Positions 29,891 through 39,227 of a stretch of 64,000 nt of DNA are shown in pieces. Each line of letters begins with the position of its first letter. The first letter of the stretch is position 1. The DNA is taken from assembly GCA_012513515.1 (NCBI GenBank), contig JAAZCA010000031.1, positions 19,905-83,904 on the forward strand, read 5' to 3'. The translations under genes and the position numbers were made by a program. The DNA comes from Myxococcales bacterium (GTDB lineage Bacteria > UBA10199 > 2-02-FULL-44-16 > JAAZCA01). The notes below the pieces were generated by a model. It was not told the DNA's origin and searched no databases. It saw only the letters and a list, made by a program, of their open reading frames with translations.

Positions 29891-30843
29891 CTCATCAGAA
29901 GATCGATAATGTTCGTGCTGATTCGAATATGCGTCCCTTCGCTCTCTATCGATACCCTCTCGAGAAGCGATGCGAGCCTGTGATCACCCGGATTCTCGAG
30001 GATTAAAAGCGCCCTAAGCCCCTCGAGCGCATCCTTGAGATTCTTCGCTGCAGTTGCGTCCGCTGCCGAAAGCGTGGCGGTAAGGCGTTTGCCATTCTGG
30101 CTTAGAAAATAAAGGAGCGTCCTGCCGCCGTCATCTGCGCCGAAAAATTTTGAAATTTCAGGAGAAAGCCTGAGATAACCGTAGATCACACCAACCGGAA
30201 ACGAGCCCTCGTCCGAGACATCACGAGGAAGCTTCTTAGAAACTCTTTCGAAGGCCGAAATCGAAGCGACCGCCATGTGAATGTCATCTAGAAACCTGAA
30301 GCAATATGATTCATCCACACCATCCTCGCAGAATGTGGAGATCCCGCTTTTTTCGTCCAAAATTTCCGTAAAGGACTCCTCCTCGCCGAGAGCAGCCCTG
30401 ACATCGGAAACAATCTTCTCCTTTTTGAAATCCCCCTGAATTATGAAGATCGTATTCGAAGGCGAATCTCCGGAAGCGGGAAGGATCGCTGCGGAGAAAA
30501 GCCCTACCGAATCCCCCTTGGCCAGAAGCCCTTTGAGAAGATCCGCAGCGGCTCCTCCCTCATTCTGCAGTTTTGAAATTATCGCAGCGCCGATCAGCGG
30601 ATCTTCGAACAACCTCCAGGCATCCACCGATGCGTAAAAATCACATTCCGCAGGAATCCACCTGGCGACCATTTGAAATTTTTCCGAGGATGGGGATGTG
30701 ATATCGTAGAGGCGGCTCTTTTCAGATATCGTCGAATCACCCGAAAATTTCAGCGCGTACACGATCGCGGCTGCGAGGAAGAGGATCAAAAGGACTCTAA
30801 ACGCCATCCTTCCTTTTCTCACCATACATCCCTCCTCTGCCAT
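29887..30843 (-). CDS. Hypothetical membrane-anchored exported protein
   Basis: N-terminal hydrophobic helix; overlaps both neighbours, so probably co-transcribed. Confidence 0.7.
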   Translation of the reverse strand: MAEEGCMVRKGRMAFRVLLILFLAAAIVYALKFSGDSTISEKSRLYDITSPSSEKFQMVARWIPAECDFYASVDAWRLFEDPLIGAAIISKLQNEGGAAADLLKGLLAKGDSVGLFSAAILPASGDSPSNTIFIIQGDFKKEKIVSDVRAALGEEESFTEILDEKSGISTFCEDGVDESYCFRFLDDIHMAVASISAFERVSKKLPRDVSDEGSFPVGVIYGYLRLSPEISKFFGADDGGRTLLYFLSQNGKRLTATLSAADATAAKNLKDALEGLRALLILENPGDHRLASLLERVSIESEGTHIRISTNIIDLLMR

Positions 30844-31574
30844 GAATCGATAAATGCGGCTATCGATTGTCTCGCCTGCATCGCACAGTATTGAAGCCGT
30901 GGCATTTTCAAAATTTGCTTTGGATTTTTTACGAGCTTGCCAGCCATCGCCACCGGATCAAGATCACCTGAGTCGGTGACGGCGTCTCCAAACAGAGGAA
31001 GGGTCAAATCCAAGGGATCCAAAACGGCGCGCACTATCACAAAAGGCAGAGAATGATCCGCGCAGGCTGCTGCGAGATCGTAGCTCTCCATGTCTATGCC
31101 TACCGCCTCGAATTTGGTTCCGGTATATGCCTTATCGTGAGATTCGGAAACGGGCAGCGCAACGGTAACCACCGATCCGGCCTTTCCCCTGATGCCATCC
31201 TCATTACATATTTTTATGGCGCTTTCGACGTACCTGGGCTCGAGATCGATCTTCTCCGAACCGCTCTCATCCACAACCCGGTCGGCTATTACGAGATCTC
31301 CGGCGGCAAACCTGGGATCTGCCCCCCCGCAATATCCAACATGAAGGCAGAAATCAGGGCGGTGGTTTTCTATGAGGTACGATATCGCCCTGCGCATCGC
31401 CTCGCGCCCTATTCCACTTCTGGCGAGTATCACCGGTTTGCCATTATATTTGCCGATTATGATCTGTGCAGGCCTGACATGAATCCGTAAATCCATCTCG
31501 ATCTTCGATCTGATAGGTCTTATCTCATCATCCATTGCCGCAACGATAGCGAGCCTCTTATTTTCCATCTTCAA
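30819..31574 (-). CDS. Nucleoside phosphorylase family protein, HpnG-like
   Basis: IVAAMDDEI, SGIG, VGYCGG, GIDMES, VIVRAVLD; directly downstream of hpnH. Confidence 0.8.
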   Translation of the reverse strand: MKMENKRLAIVAAMDDEIRPIRSKIEMDLRIHVRPAQIIIGKYNGKPVILARSGIGREAMRRAISYLIENHRPDFCLHVGYCGGADPRFAAGDLVIADRVVDESGSEKIDLEPRYVESAIKICNEDGIRGKAGSVVTVALPVSESHDKAYTGTKFEAVGIDMESYDLAAACADHSLPFVIVRAVLDPLDLTLPLFGDAVTDSGDLDPVAMAGKLVKNPKQILKMPRLQYCAMQARQSIAAFIDSWQRRDVW

Positions 31575-31617
31575 TATCTAATTCCGTCGAAAGAGGAAGT
31601 CAACGCGGCAAAAAACT

Positions 31618-31752
31618 GCCGTGACTGGTGACTGATGACTCGTAACTGGTGAGCGGTCGGAACCCCGCGGTAGCGGCGGCTTAAATCATGCGGGAATGAC
31701 ATTCATAGTGTCATCCCCGAGTGCTTTAATCGGGAATCCCGTAACAGCCGGC
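31618..31752. repeat. Intergenic mosaic repeat cassette between hpnH and hpnG-like
   Basis: GTGACTG heptamers, GCGGTCGGAACCCCGCGG module, GTCATCCCCGAGTGCTTTAATCGGGAATCC hairpin. Confidence 0.88.
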
Positions 31753-31777
31753 GCTAAAAAGGATTAAGGTAAATGGT

Positions 31778-32779
31778 TTAAAATAGCGTCCATTTGGCCA
31801 TGCGAAGGATATCCCCTACGGATTTCATGGAGCTCAGCGCAACGGTGGCCTCGAATCCGCAGTGAGCCATGCAATTGGCACACCGCCTGTCTCTGCCGGG
31901 GCCGTAGCGCTCCCAGTCAATATCGTTTATGAAGTCAGAATATCTCTCGTAATGCCTGTCCGTAACGAGGTAACAGGGCGCCTTCCATCCGCATACGTTG
32001 TAGGTGACATTTCCCCACGGCGTACACGAATAATCCCGCTTGCCCTGGAGAAAATCGTAGAAGAGTGGAGTATTCCATACGCGCGGGCCTCGCACTACAT
32101 CATCCAGAGCTTTGAACTTCTCAACTATAGCGGTCCTGTCGAGAAACTGCGACTGATCTTCCACATCCGAATAGTCGAAAGCCGGAGATATGAGCAGGCC
32201 GTCAACTCCGAGTGAGCCGAGGTACTTGGCCAGCTGCCTGATTTCTTCGACATCGCTCTGTTTATAGACGGTGGTGTTTGTGCATACAGAAAAACCGGCC
32301 TTCTTCGCCGCTACCACCCCCGCCACAGCCTTGTCAAAGGCCCCCTGCTTCTCAACTATCGCGTCGTGGATCTTTGCCGTTCCGTCGATGTGAACGTTTA
32401 TGTTGAACATTCCGTTCGGACGCAGCGAAGAGATCCTCTTCTCCAGCACCTGCCCGTTGGTGCATAGATAGGCAACCTTTCCTCTGGCGACTATCCCGTC
32501 GATGAGCGCAGAGATATCCGGGTATAGTAGGGGCTCTCCGCCGCATACTGAAACCACCGGGGCATCGCACGCATCTATCGCAGCGAAGCACTTCTCCAGC
32601 GGAAGCATCTCGGACATATGTTCCCTATACTCGCGAATCCTCCCGCAACCGCTGCATGCAAGATTGCAGGCGTGGAGAGGCTCGAGCATGAGCACGAGAG
32701 GAAATTTCTTAACCCCAGCTCTTTTCTGTTTTGAGATATGCTTGGCAACCGCCATCGTCTGTCTTAAAGGGAATCTCAT
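31778..32779 (-). CDS. hpnH: Adenosyl-hopene transferase (radical SAM)
   Basis: KFPLVLMLEPLHACNLACSGCGRI, CTPWGNVT, RCANCMAHCGFE. Confidence 0.9.
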   Translation of the reverse strand: MRFPLRQTMAVAKHISKQKRAGVKKFPLVLMLEPLHACNLACSGCGRIREYREHMSEMLPLEKCFAAIDACDAPVVSVCGGEPLLYPDISALIDGIVARGKVAYLCTNGQVLEKRISSLRPNGMFNINVHIDGTAKIHDAIVEKQGAFDKAVAGVVAAKKAGFSVCTNTTVYKQSDVEEIRQLAKYLGSLGVDGLLISPAFDYSDVEDQSQFLDRTAIVEKFKALDDVVRGPRVWNTPLFYDFLQGKRDYSCTPWGNVTYNVCGWKAPCYLVTDRHYERYSDFINDIDWERYGPGRDRRCANCMAHCGFEATVALSSMKSVGDILRMAKWTLF

Positions 32780-32865
32780 AGGGACGATGCCCTAACATCG
32801 CACAGGGTTGGAGTCAACCATCTCAACCATTGACGAGAGTCCGGCGTCGTGACTATCTCAGCCCT

Positions 32866-33207
32866 ATGGAGTTGGAAACGAAGAGATTCAGAATCATCAA
32901 TGAGGGCTTTATCTGCAACAACTGCGGCGCCAGAGTCCCTCCGACATCCGGCACGACCCCAAGAAATCACTGTCCTTTCTGCCTGTGGTCGAAGCACCTC
33001 GACATAAATCCCGGAGACAGGGCAAGCGAATGCCGCGGAATGATGCGCCCGATCGGAATCAACACGGACTCAAAAAAGGAATATGTCATAGTTCACGAAT
33101 GTGTGAAATGCGGCATAAAAATGAGATCGAAAAGCATACGAAACGACGGAAATGAATCCGATGATTTCGCTGTAATTCTGGAACTCTCGACTCATCCAGT
33201 CAAATAG
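32866..33207 (+). CDS. RNHCP domain protein
   Basis: FICNNCG, PRNHCPFCLWSKHLD..PGDRASECRGMM. Confidence 0.88.
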   Translation: MELETKRFRIINEGFICNNCGARVPPTSGTTPRNHCPFCLWSKHLDINPGDRASECRGMMRPIGINTDSKKEYVIVHECVKCGIKMRSKSIRNDGNESDDFAVILELSTHPVK

Positions 33208-33297
33208 TCCGCTGCTCGAGATTAGATGGTCGAACCTCGAATGCTCCGTAATCAATTGCTATTGCAAGAATTCCCCGCCGGGTGATAAACATTCGGC

Positions 33298-33663
33298 ATG
33301 AAAAACGCCGTAGCCCCTTTTCTTCTAAGAACATTGATAGCATCGGCAGCCATATCTGCGATATCGGCCGGAGCGGCTTACATCTTTTTCGATTCATCGG
33401 CTGCTCTTTCAATCGCGGCCGGATGGCTCGTCTCGCTTACGTTTGCAGCAGTGCTGTCGATGACCATAAGCAGATCGTTTTGCGGAAAATGCGTTCAAAG
33501 CGGAATAGCCATAGCCGGAATCGTGATCATGGCAGGCATAGGAGCCTCGCTGTGGCTCATGATATCGAAGGGATATGCGGACCCCGTTTTTTTTATGGCG
33601 GGATTTTCCGCAACCATAATCTCGCTCGCAATTGAAATGATGCGCCTGAAGAGAAAAAAATAA
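33298..33663 (+). CDS. Small 4-TM membrane protein (AtpI-like, uncertain)
   Basis: Four hydrophobic segments; DPVFFMAGFS resembles ATP synthase protein I. Confidence 0.5.
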   Translation: MKNAVAPFLLRTLIASAAISAISAGAAYIFFDSSAALSIAAGWLVSLTFAAVLSMTISRSFCGKCVQSGIAIAGIVIMAGIGASLWLMISKGYADPVFFMAGFSATIISLAIEMMRLKRKK

Positions 33664-33671
33664 AATTCCTT

Positions 33672-33765
33672 TGTCATCCCCCGAATGTTTTTATCCTCCG
33701 CCTTTGGCGGGGCAGGCGGGAATCCACCAACTGCCGTTCTGGACAAATGGGAATCCATCGCCTAA
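33672..33765. repeat. Degenerate repeat cassette
   Basis: GTCATCCCCCGAATG...GGCGGGAATCC remnants. Confidence 0.55.
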
Positions 33766-33810
33766 AATGCCCCGTCTTTAAACAGGTCCAAATCCAACAG
33801 GGGGAATGAT

Positions 33811-36360
33811 ATGCCTGCCAGAAAAATTCCGGCATCGGAACTGAGATGGAGTCCGCCAAAGTCGATGCTCAATAAGTTCAAAAATCCGCTAAAAATACAG
33901 CCCACCGAAGCTATTGTAGGACAGCGAAAGGCCACCGACGCGCTGGACGTGGGGCTCAAGCTCTACAAGAGGGGTTACAACATCTATGTGGCCGGCATAG
34001 CTGGCACCGGCAGGATGACGACCATCCGGAGGGCGCTCCAAAAAGTCTGCAAGGAGGCATCATGCCGTCCGGAGGGAAGGATCGTTCCCCCCGACAGATG
34101 TTACGTTTACAATTTTATCGATGCGTCGCAGCCGATACTGCTTACCTTCCCGAGGGGTCAGGGGCGCGTCTTCAAAGACGACATAAACGAGTTTATAAGG
34201 TTCCTCAGGACGGAGATACCGAAGGTCCTCGAGTCGCAAAACGTCTCTAAAGAACGCGAGATGATCGTGGAGAGGTACCAGCGCCAGGAGAAGAAAATTT
34301 TCGAGGAATTCGCTGAAAGCCTGAAGAGGGAAGGCTTCGCCCTCATACAGGTTCAGGAGGGCGGATATATAGCGCCGAGCGTTTTTCCGATCATAGGCAA
34401 CGAAGCGGTCTCGGTCGATTATCTGGACGTACTCGTCAAAGAGGAAAAGCTGGACGCCGCGGAACGCGACAAGAAGGTGAAGCGACACCGCGAACTGATG
34501 GCCGACCTGAAAAGGGTCCTCGCTAGCGCAAAGGGAGTGGGCAAGGAGATGCACCAGTCCCTTGAAAGGCTCGTGGAAAGAGCCGCCTCGACAGTTCTCG
34601 ACAGCGCCATGGACGACCTTCTCGTCAGATACAAAGATGAAAAGGTGAAAAAATATCTCCTGCGCGTAAAAAATCACATCCTCAAGAATATAGAGAACTT
34701 CTCGGGTAAGAAGGAAAATGAAAAACATCAGGAGGGAATACTGGTAATAGGCGGCGGATCGCGCCAGCCGGAGGACCCCTTCTGGTACTATGAAGTCAAC
34801 CTCCTCTACGACACCTCTTCCGTCCCTTCCGAACATGGTGACGCCCCGATAGTTGAAGAGCATAACCCCAGCTACATAAATCTTTTCGGAGCCATCGAAT
34901 ACAACGTGGGATCGGGAGGATTCTGGAGCACCGACTTTCGGCATATCAAAGCAGGTTCGCTTCTCAGGGCGGACGGCGGATACATAATAGTCAACGCGAT
35001 GGATCTTCTTCGCAGGCCTCTCGTATGGGATCAGCTCAAGAGGGTGCTCAAGACCGAGCAGCTCTCCATCCAGCAGCCAGAAAGCTATTTTCAGATAGCC
35101 CCCCTCACGCTGAAGCCCGAACCGATAGACCTCAGCGTGAAGGTGATCATGATCGGTCCGTCGTGGCTATACAATGTCCTCTACCACTATGAAGAGGATT
35201 TCCCAAAAACGTTCAAGGTGCTTTCCGACTTCGGAACTACTATGCCGCTCGATGACAACGCGGCGATCAACTACGCGGCCGTTCTTCGCGCCGTTTGCGA
35301 ACGCGGCAAAATCAGGCATTTCGACCAGGAAGGGCTGGTCGCCATGCTGGAACACGGAATCGAGGAGGCAGGACAGCGCGACCGCATATCGACGCGCTTC
35401 GCGTATATCACCGACGTCCTTCGCGAAGCGGATTTCTTCGCATCGCAAGATGGAAAATCTAAGATAGGCAGAAAGCACGTCGAACAGGCGATAGACAGCA
35501 AGAGGGATCGTCACAGCCTGACCGAAGAGAGAGTACAGCGCATGATAGACGAGGGAGTGCTATTGATAGACTGCAAGGGAAAACGCGTAGGTCAGGTCAA
35601 CGGTCTTTCGGTCTATCAGATGGGGCATGTCTCATTCGGAAAGCCGTCGCGCGTAACCGCAACCACTTCGGTTGGAACGGGCGGTATAGTAAACGTAGAG
35701 CGCGAAGCGAAGTTATCCGGGCCAATACACGACAAGGGAGTCCTTATCATCAATGGATATCTCCGCCAGAAATATGCGCAGCGCGAACCGCTAAACCTTT
35801 CCGCATCGATCTGTTTCGAACAGTCCTACGGCGGCGTGGACGGCGACTCGGCATCTTCAACTGAAATATACGCGATCCTCTCATCGCTTTCCGGACTTCC
35901 CATAAGGCAGGATATCGCCGTAACGGGATCCGTGAATCAGCTCGGCGACATTCAGCCGATCGGCGGAGCCAATGAAAAAATAGAGGGGTTCTTCGACGTC
36001 TGCAAGGCCAAGGGGCTTACCGGCAAACAGGGCGTGATGATTCCGGCGCAGAACGAAAGGCATCTGATGCTGAGGCGCGATATCGTCACAGCGGTCAAGA
36101 AGGGAAAGTTTCACATCTATTCGATAAGGGATATAGACGAAGGGCTTGAACTTCTCCTCGGAAAATCGGCCGGCAAGATGCGCTCAGACGGCAGCTATCC
36201 TCCCGAGACGGTTCACGGCATGGTGGCCAAGCGCATCGCTAAGATGAACGAAGTTCTCGCCACGATGGGAGGCGGCAAGGCCCCGGGCAAAAACAGCGAG
36301 AAGAAAGACACTGAAAAGAAAAATAAAGCGAAGAAAAAAACCAAAAAGCGCGGCAGGTAA
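33811..36360 (+). CDS. Lon-family (S16) ATP-dependent protease, LonB/LonC-like architecture
   Basis: GIAGTGR, IKAGSLLRADGG, GQVNGL, VDGDSAS (Ser) and IGGANEKIEGFF (Lys) dyad. Confidence 0.92.
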   Translation: MPARKIPASELRWSPPKSMLNKFKNPLKIQPTEAIVGQRKATDALDVGLKLYKRGYNIYVAGIAGTGRMTTIRRALQKVCKEASCRPEGRIVPPDRCYVYNFIDASQPILLTFPRGQGRVFKDDINEFIRFLRTEIPKVLESQNVSKEREMIVERYQRQEKKIFEEFAESLKREGFALIQVQEGGYIAPSVFPIIGNEAVSVDYLDVLVKEEKLDAAERDKKVKRHRELMADLKRVLASAKGVGKEMHQSLERLVERAASTVLDSAMDDLLVRYKDEKVKKYLLRVKNHILKNIENFSGKKENEKHQEGILVIGGGSRQPEDPFWYYEVNLLYDTSSVPSEHGDAPIVEEHNPSYINLFGAIEYNVGSGGFWSTDFRHIKAGSLLRADGGYIIVNAMDLLRRPLVWDQLKRVLKTEQLSIQQPESYFQIAPLTLKPEPIDLSVKVIMIGPSWLYNVLYHYEEDFPKTFKVLSDFGTTMPLDDNAAINYAAVLRAVCERGKIRHFDQEGLVAMLEHGIEEAGQRDRISTRFAYITDVLREADFFASQDGKSKIGRKHVEQAIDSKRDRHSLTEERVQRMIDEGVLLIDCKGKRVGQVNGLSVYQMGHVSFGKPSRVTATTSVGTGGIVNVEREAKLSGPIHDKGVLIINGYLRQKYAQREPLNLSASICFEQSYGGVDGDSASSTEIYAILSSLSGLPIRQDIAVTGSVNQLGDIQPIGGANEKIEGFFDVCKAKGLTGKQGVMIPAQNERHLMLRRDIVTAVKKGKFHIYSIRDIDEGLELLLGKSAGKMRSDGSYPPETVHGMVAKRIAKMNEVLATMGGGKAPGKNSEKKDTEKKNKAKKKTKKRGR

Positions 36361-36485
36361 ATTGTTAGAACGGGATTCCCGCCTAAAGCATGCGGGAATG
36401 ACTGCGCACTGAAAGGTTGTCATCCTCGAGTAGTGAGAAGGTTGTCATCCCCGAATGATTTTATCGGGGATCCAGCAACAACCGC
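36361..36485. repeat. Intergenic mosaic repeat cassette
   Basis: GGATTCCCGCCTAAAGCATGCGGGAATGAC plus tandem GTCATCC(T/C)CGA units and a hairpin ending TCGGGGATCC. Confidence 0.88.
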
Positions 36486-36508
36486 AACATGCGAAAGGTA
36501 AAAATATC

Positions 36509-37582
36509 ATGCAAAAATTCAACAAGACCCTTCTTGAAGAGATCCTGTCGCTCCCCACAATGAGTTTCCATGAAACCGCAGTGGCGACATTCGTAAGAAT
36601 CTATTCTGCAGCGATAGGCCTTAAAGTCGATGAAGATCGCTTCGGCAATATACTTGTCAAATACAAGGGCGGTTCGGGAAGGCCGGTTACATTCACAGCG
36701 CACATGGACCATCCCGGATTCGAAATCGTATCCTCATCAGGAAAGAAGGGGACCGCCGCCCTGTGGGGGCGCGTCGACGTAAAGTTCTTTTCAGGATCAA
36801 GCGTAGCGATCCATACGGAGAGAGCTAAGATCAAGGGGAAGATTGGAAAGCTCATCAAATCCAAAAAATATTTTGGCAAGCCATGCTTCGAAATCTCATC
36901 GGATGAAGAATTTTCGGAAGGCGATTTCGGGCATTACGATCTCCCCGGTTTCAAACAGAAGAAAGATATCCTCCATGCCAGAGCGGCGGACAACCTCGCC
37001 AGCGTAGCAGCGATATTGGAACTCATGACGAGGCTGGTCGCCAAAAAATCCAAGTCGAATGTCTGCGGCCTCTTTACGCGTGCGGAGGAAGCCGGCTTCA
37101 TCGGCGCCTTCGGTGCCATCGAGGCCGGAACAGTTTCCGCTAAGGATCCCATAATAGTCATGGAATGCAGCTCCGCGCCCGGAGGCAAGGTCGATATCGG
37201 CGGAGGGCCTGTAATCAGGTCCGGCGATGCCCAGAGTTCCTACGACCCCGCGGTTGAGGCGTGGCTGATCGACTGTGCAGCCTCGGCAAAATCCAGATCG
37301 AAGGGATTCAAAAGCCAACGGGCGCTTCTAAAAGGCGGCCGCTGCGAAGCATGCGTATATGTTGCGGAAGGCTTCCCTGTCGGCGGGCTGGCGCTGGCAC
37401 TTGGCAACTATCACAACCACGGCCCGAAGGGATACGCTGCGGAATACATCTCGGCATGCGACTATGAAAACATGATTTTACTCATGGAAGAGGTCGCCGC
37501 ATCCCCGATGCCCAAGAATATCTTCAAGAAAAAACTCGCCCCGCTATGGAAAAATTACAGGGATCTGAAAAAGAAATTATAA
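36509..37582 (+). CDS. M42/M28-type co-catalytic metallopeptidase
   Basis: TAHMDH, ARAADN, FTRAEEAG, MECSS, GNYHN. Start moved to ATG 36509 because the track start 36455 is inside a repeat. Confidence 0.85.
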   Translation: MQKFNKTLLEEILSLPTMSFHETAVATFVRIYSAAIGLKVDEDRFGNILVKYKGGSGRPVTFTAHMDHPGFEIVSSSGKKGTAALWGRVDVKFFSGSSVAIHTERAKIKGKIGKLIKSKKYFGKPCFEISSDEEFSEGDFGHYDLPGFKQKKDILHARAADNLASVAAILELMTRLVAKKSKSNVCGLFTRAEEAGFIGAFGAIEAGTVSAKDPIIVMECSSAPGGKVDIGGGPVIRSGDAQSSYDPAVEAWLIDCAASAKSRSKGFKSQRALLKGGRCEACVYVAEGFPVGGLALALGNYHNHGPKGYAAEYISACDYENMILLMEEVAASPMPKNIFKKKLAPLWKNYRDLKKKL

Positions 37583-37631
37583 ACATTTTAAAATTATTTA
37601 ATACTGCATCTTGATTCTTAATCTTCATCTT
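37518..37631 (+). repeat. 114-bp direct repeat, copy 1 (last 65 bp of the peptidase gene plus downstream DNA)
   Basis: Identical to 38920-39033 by manual alignment. Confidence 0.92.
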
Positions 37632-37840
37632 TATCTTTATCTTAATCCTGATTCTGATCTTAATAACGATATTTTCGAATATAAGTTAGTTTTACAAATG
37701 CTGATCAAAGATCAGCGATCAGGATTCGCCCCCTCCCGCAACAACCGTGACTGGTGACTCGTATTAAAATTTGCTCGACCATCCGGCAGTATTGGTAAGC
37801 ACATTTACAATCGTCTAACTATCGTCTATAATTAGACTAT

Positions 37841-38875
37841 ATGTTACAGCCCAAGTATAGCGTTTCTGATAAATTACTTAATAATATCAAGACTATAGCA
37901 GTGATATGCTCAGAGCTTAATAATCAGGCATTTGCCAAAACAATACTATCTAGTTTTGAGGCAAAGGCTAATTCCCTCTCTGCATATTCATCCACGAGCA
38001 TTGAAGGAAATCCAATCCCCCTTACGGATGTCAAAAGACTTATTAAATCAAAACCGGAAAAGATCAGAGATACCGAGCGGGAGGTGCTGAACTATAACAG
38101 CGCCTTTGAATACCTTAAAAATGAAATTGCTGGCGGTCAAATATCCATAAGTGAAAAACTGATCTGCACTATCCAAAAGAAAATTACCGAAGGGCTGATC
38201 GAAAAGCACAGATGTGGAAAATTCAGAACTGAACCTGTTTTCGTAAACGACCCCAGAACGGGAAAGCCGGCATATCTCCCTCCCGACCATCAAGATGTTG
38301 GCAAGCTGATGAAAGAATTATTAGATTTTGTAAAGCAAAAGCGTGGCAAGATCGATGCGCTCATTCTGGCCGGAATTTTTCACAAGGAATTTGTGATCAT
38401 TCATCCGTTTGTAGATGGTAATGGTAGAACTGCAAGACTAATCACAAAAGCACTTCTTGCAGATATGGGGTTGAACACATTCAATCTCTTCAGCTTCGAA
38501 AATTATTACAACAGAAATGTCACCAAATATTTTGTAAAGGTTGGAGCGCTTGGTAACTTTTACGATATTGGAAACGACCTTGATCTTACAGAATGGCTGG
38601 AATATTTTACCGATGGAATAATAGATGAGTTGTTGCGCGTTAAAAAGGAGCTCTCTGCCGAAACTATTTCACCTAAAACCAAACTATTTCCCCATCACAA
38701 CAAGATTCTCGATTTTATAGATCGCAACGGATTCATAACGGATAGGGACTATTCAAAGCTGACCAAGCGTGCAAAGGCAACCAGAGCTTTGGATTTTAAA
38801 AAGTTGATGGAACTTGGACTTATTAAACGCTTTGGCAAAGGACGAGCGATTCATTACAAGAAAAAGACAAGATGA
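37841..38875 (+). CDS. Fic family AMP transferase (class II-like) with C-terminal winged helix
   Basis: HPFVDGNGRTAR catalytic motif; SSTSIEGN inhibitory-type motif; C-terminal TRALDFKKLMELGLIKRFGKGR; visibly AT-rich. Confidence 0.93.
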   Translation: MLQPKYSVSDKLLNNIKTIAVICSELNNQAFAKTILSSFEAKANSLSAYSSTSIEGNPIPLTDVKRLIKSKPEKIRDTEREVLNYNSAFEYLKNEIAGGQISISEKLICTIQKKITEGLIEKHRCGKFRTEPVFVNDPRTGKPAYLPPDHQDVGKLMKELLDFVKQKRGKIDALILAGIFHKEFVIIHPFVDGNGRTARLITKALLADMGLNTFNLFSFENYYNRNVTKYFVKVGALGNFYDIGNDLDLTEWLEYFTDGIIDELLRVKKELSAETISPKTKLFPHHNKILDFIDRNGFITDRDYSKLTKRAKATRALDFKKLMELGLIKRFGKGRAIHYKKKTR

Positions 38876-38919
38876 AGCCGGGCGTTTTTTTGCCTGTGTC
38901 GAGATTGCGTGGCCCCCAC

Positions 38920-39033
38920 ATATCTTCAAGAAAAAACTCGCCCCGCTATGGAAAAATTACAGGGATCTGAAAAAGAAATTATAAACATTTTAAAATTATT
39001 TAATACTGCATCTTGATTCTTAATCTTCATCTT
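38920..39033 (+). repeat. 114-bp direct repeat, copy 2
   Basis: Identical to 37518-37631; followed by degenerate NATCTT hexamers. Confidence 0.92.
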
Positions 39034-39227
39034 CGTCTTTATCTTAATCTTGATTCTTAATCTTAATCTTGATTTTGTTGTACTTAAATATGATGGTGAG
39101 ATTCCTTCGTTTTTAAGCTTTGATTATAATGAGGAATGAGTTTGGTAAAAAAATGTTATAAATAGATAAAGTGTTTGCCCCGCGCCCGTGCGGCTGATAT
39201 AGCGCTGCGAGACAGTCAGGAGGATTT

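Noticed and set aside
39080-39227. tnaC leader peptide
   Set aside because: The only short ORF I noticed (MMVRFLRF) has no Trp or TnaC-like sequence.
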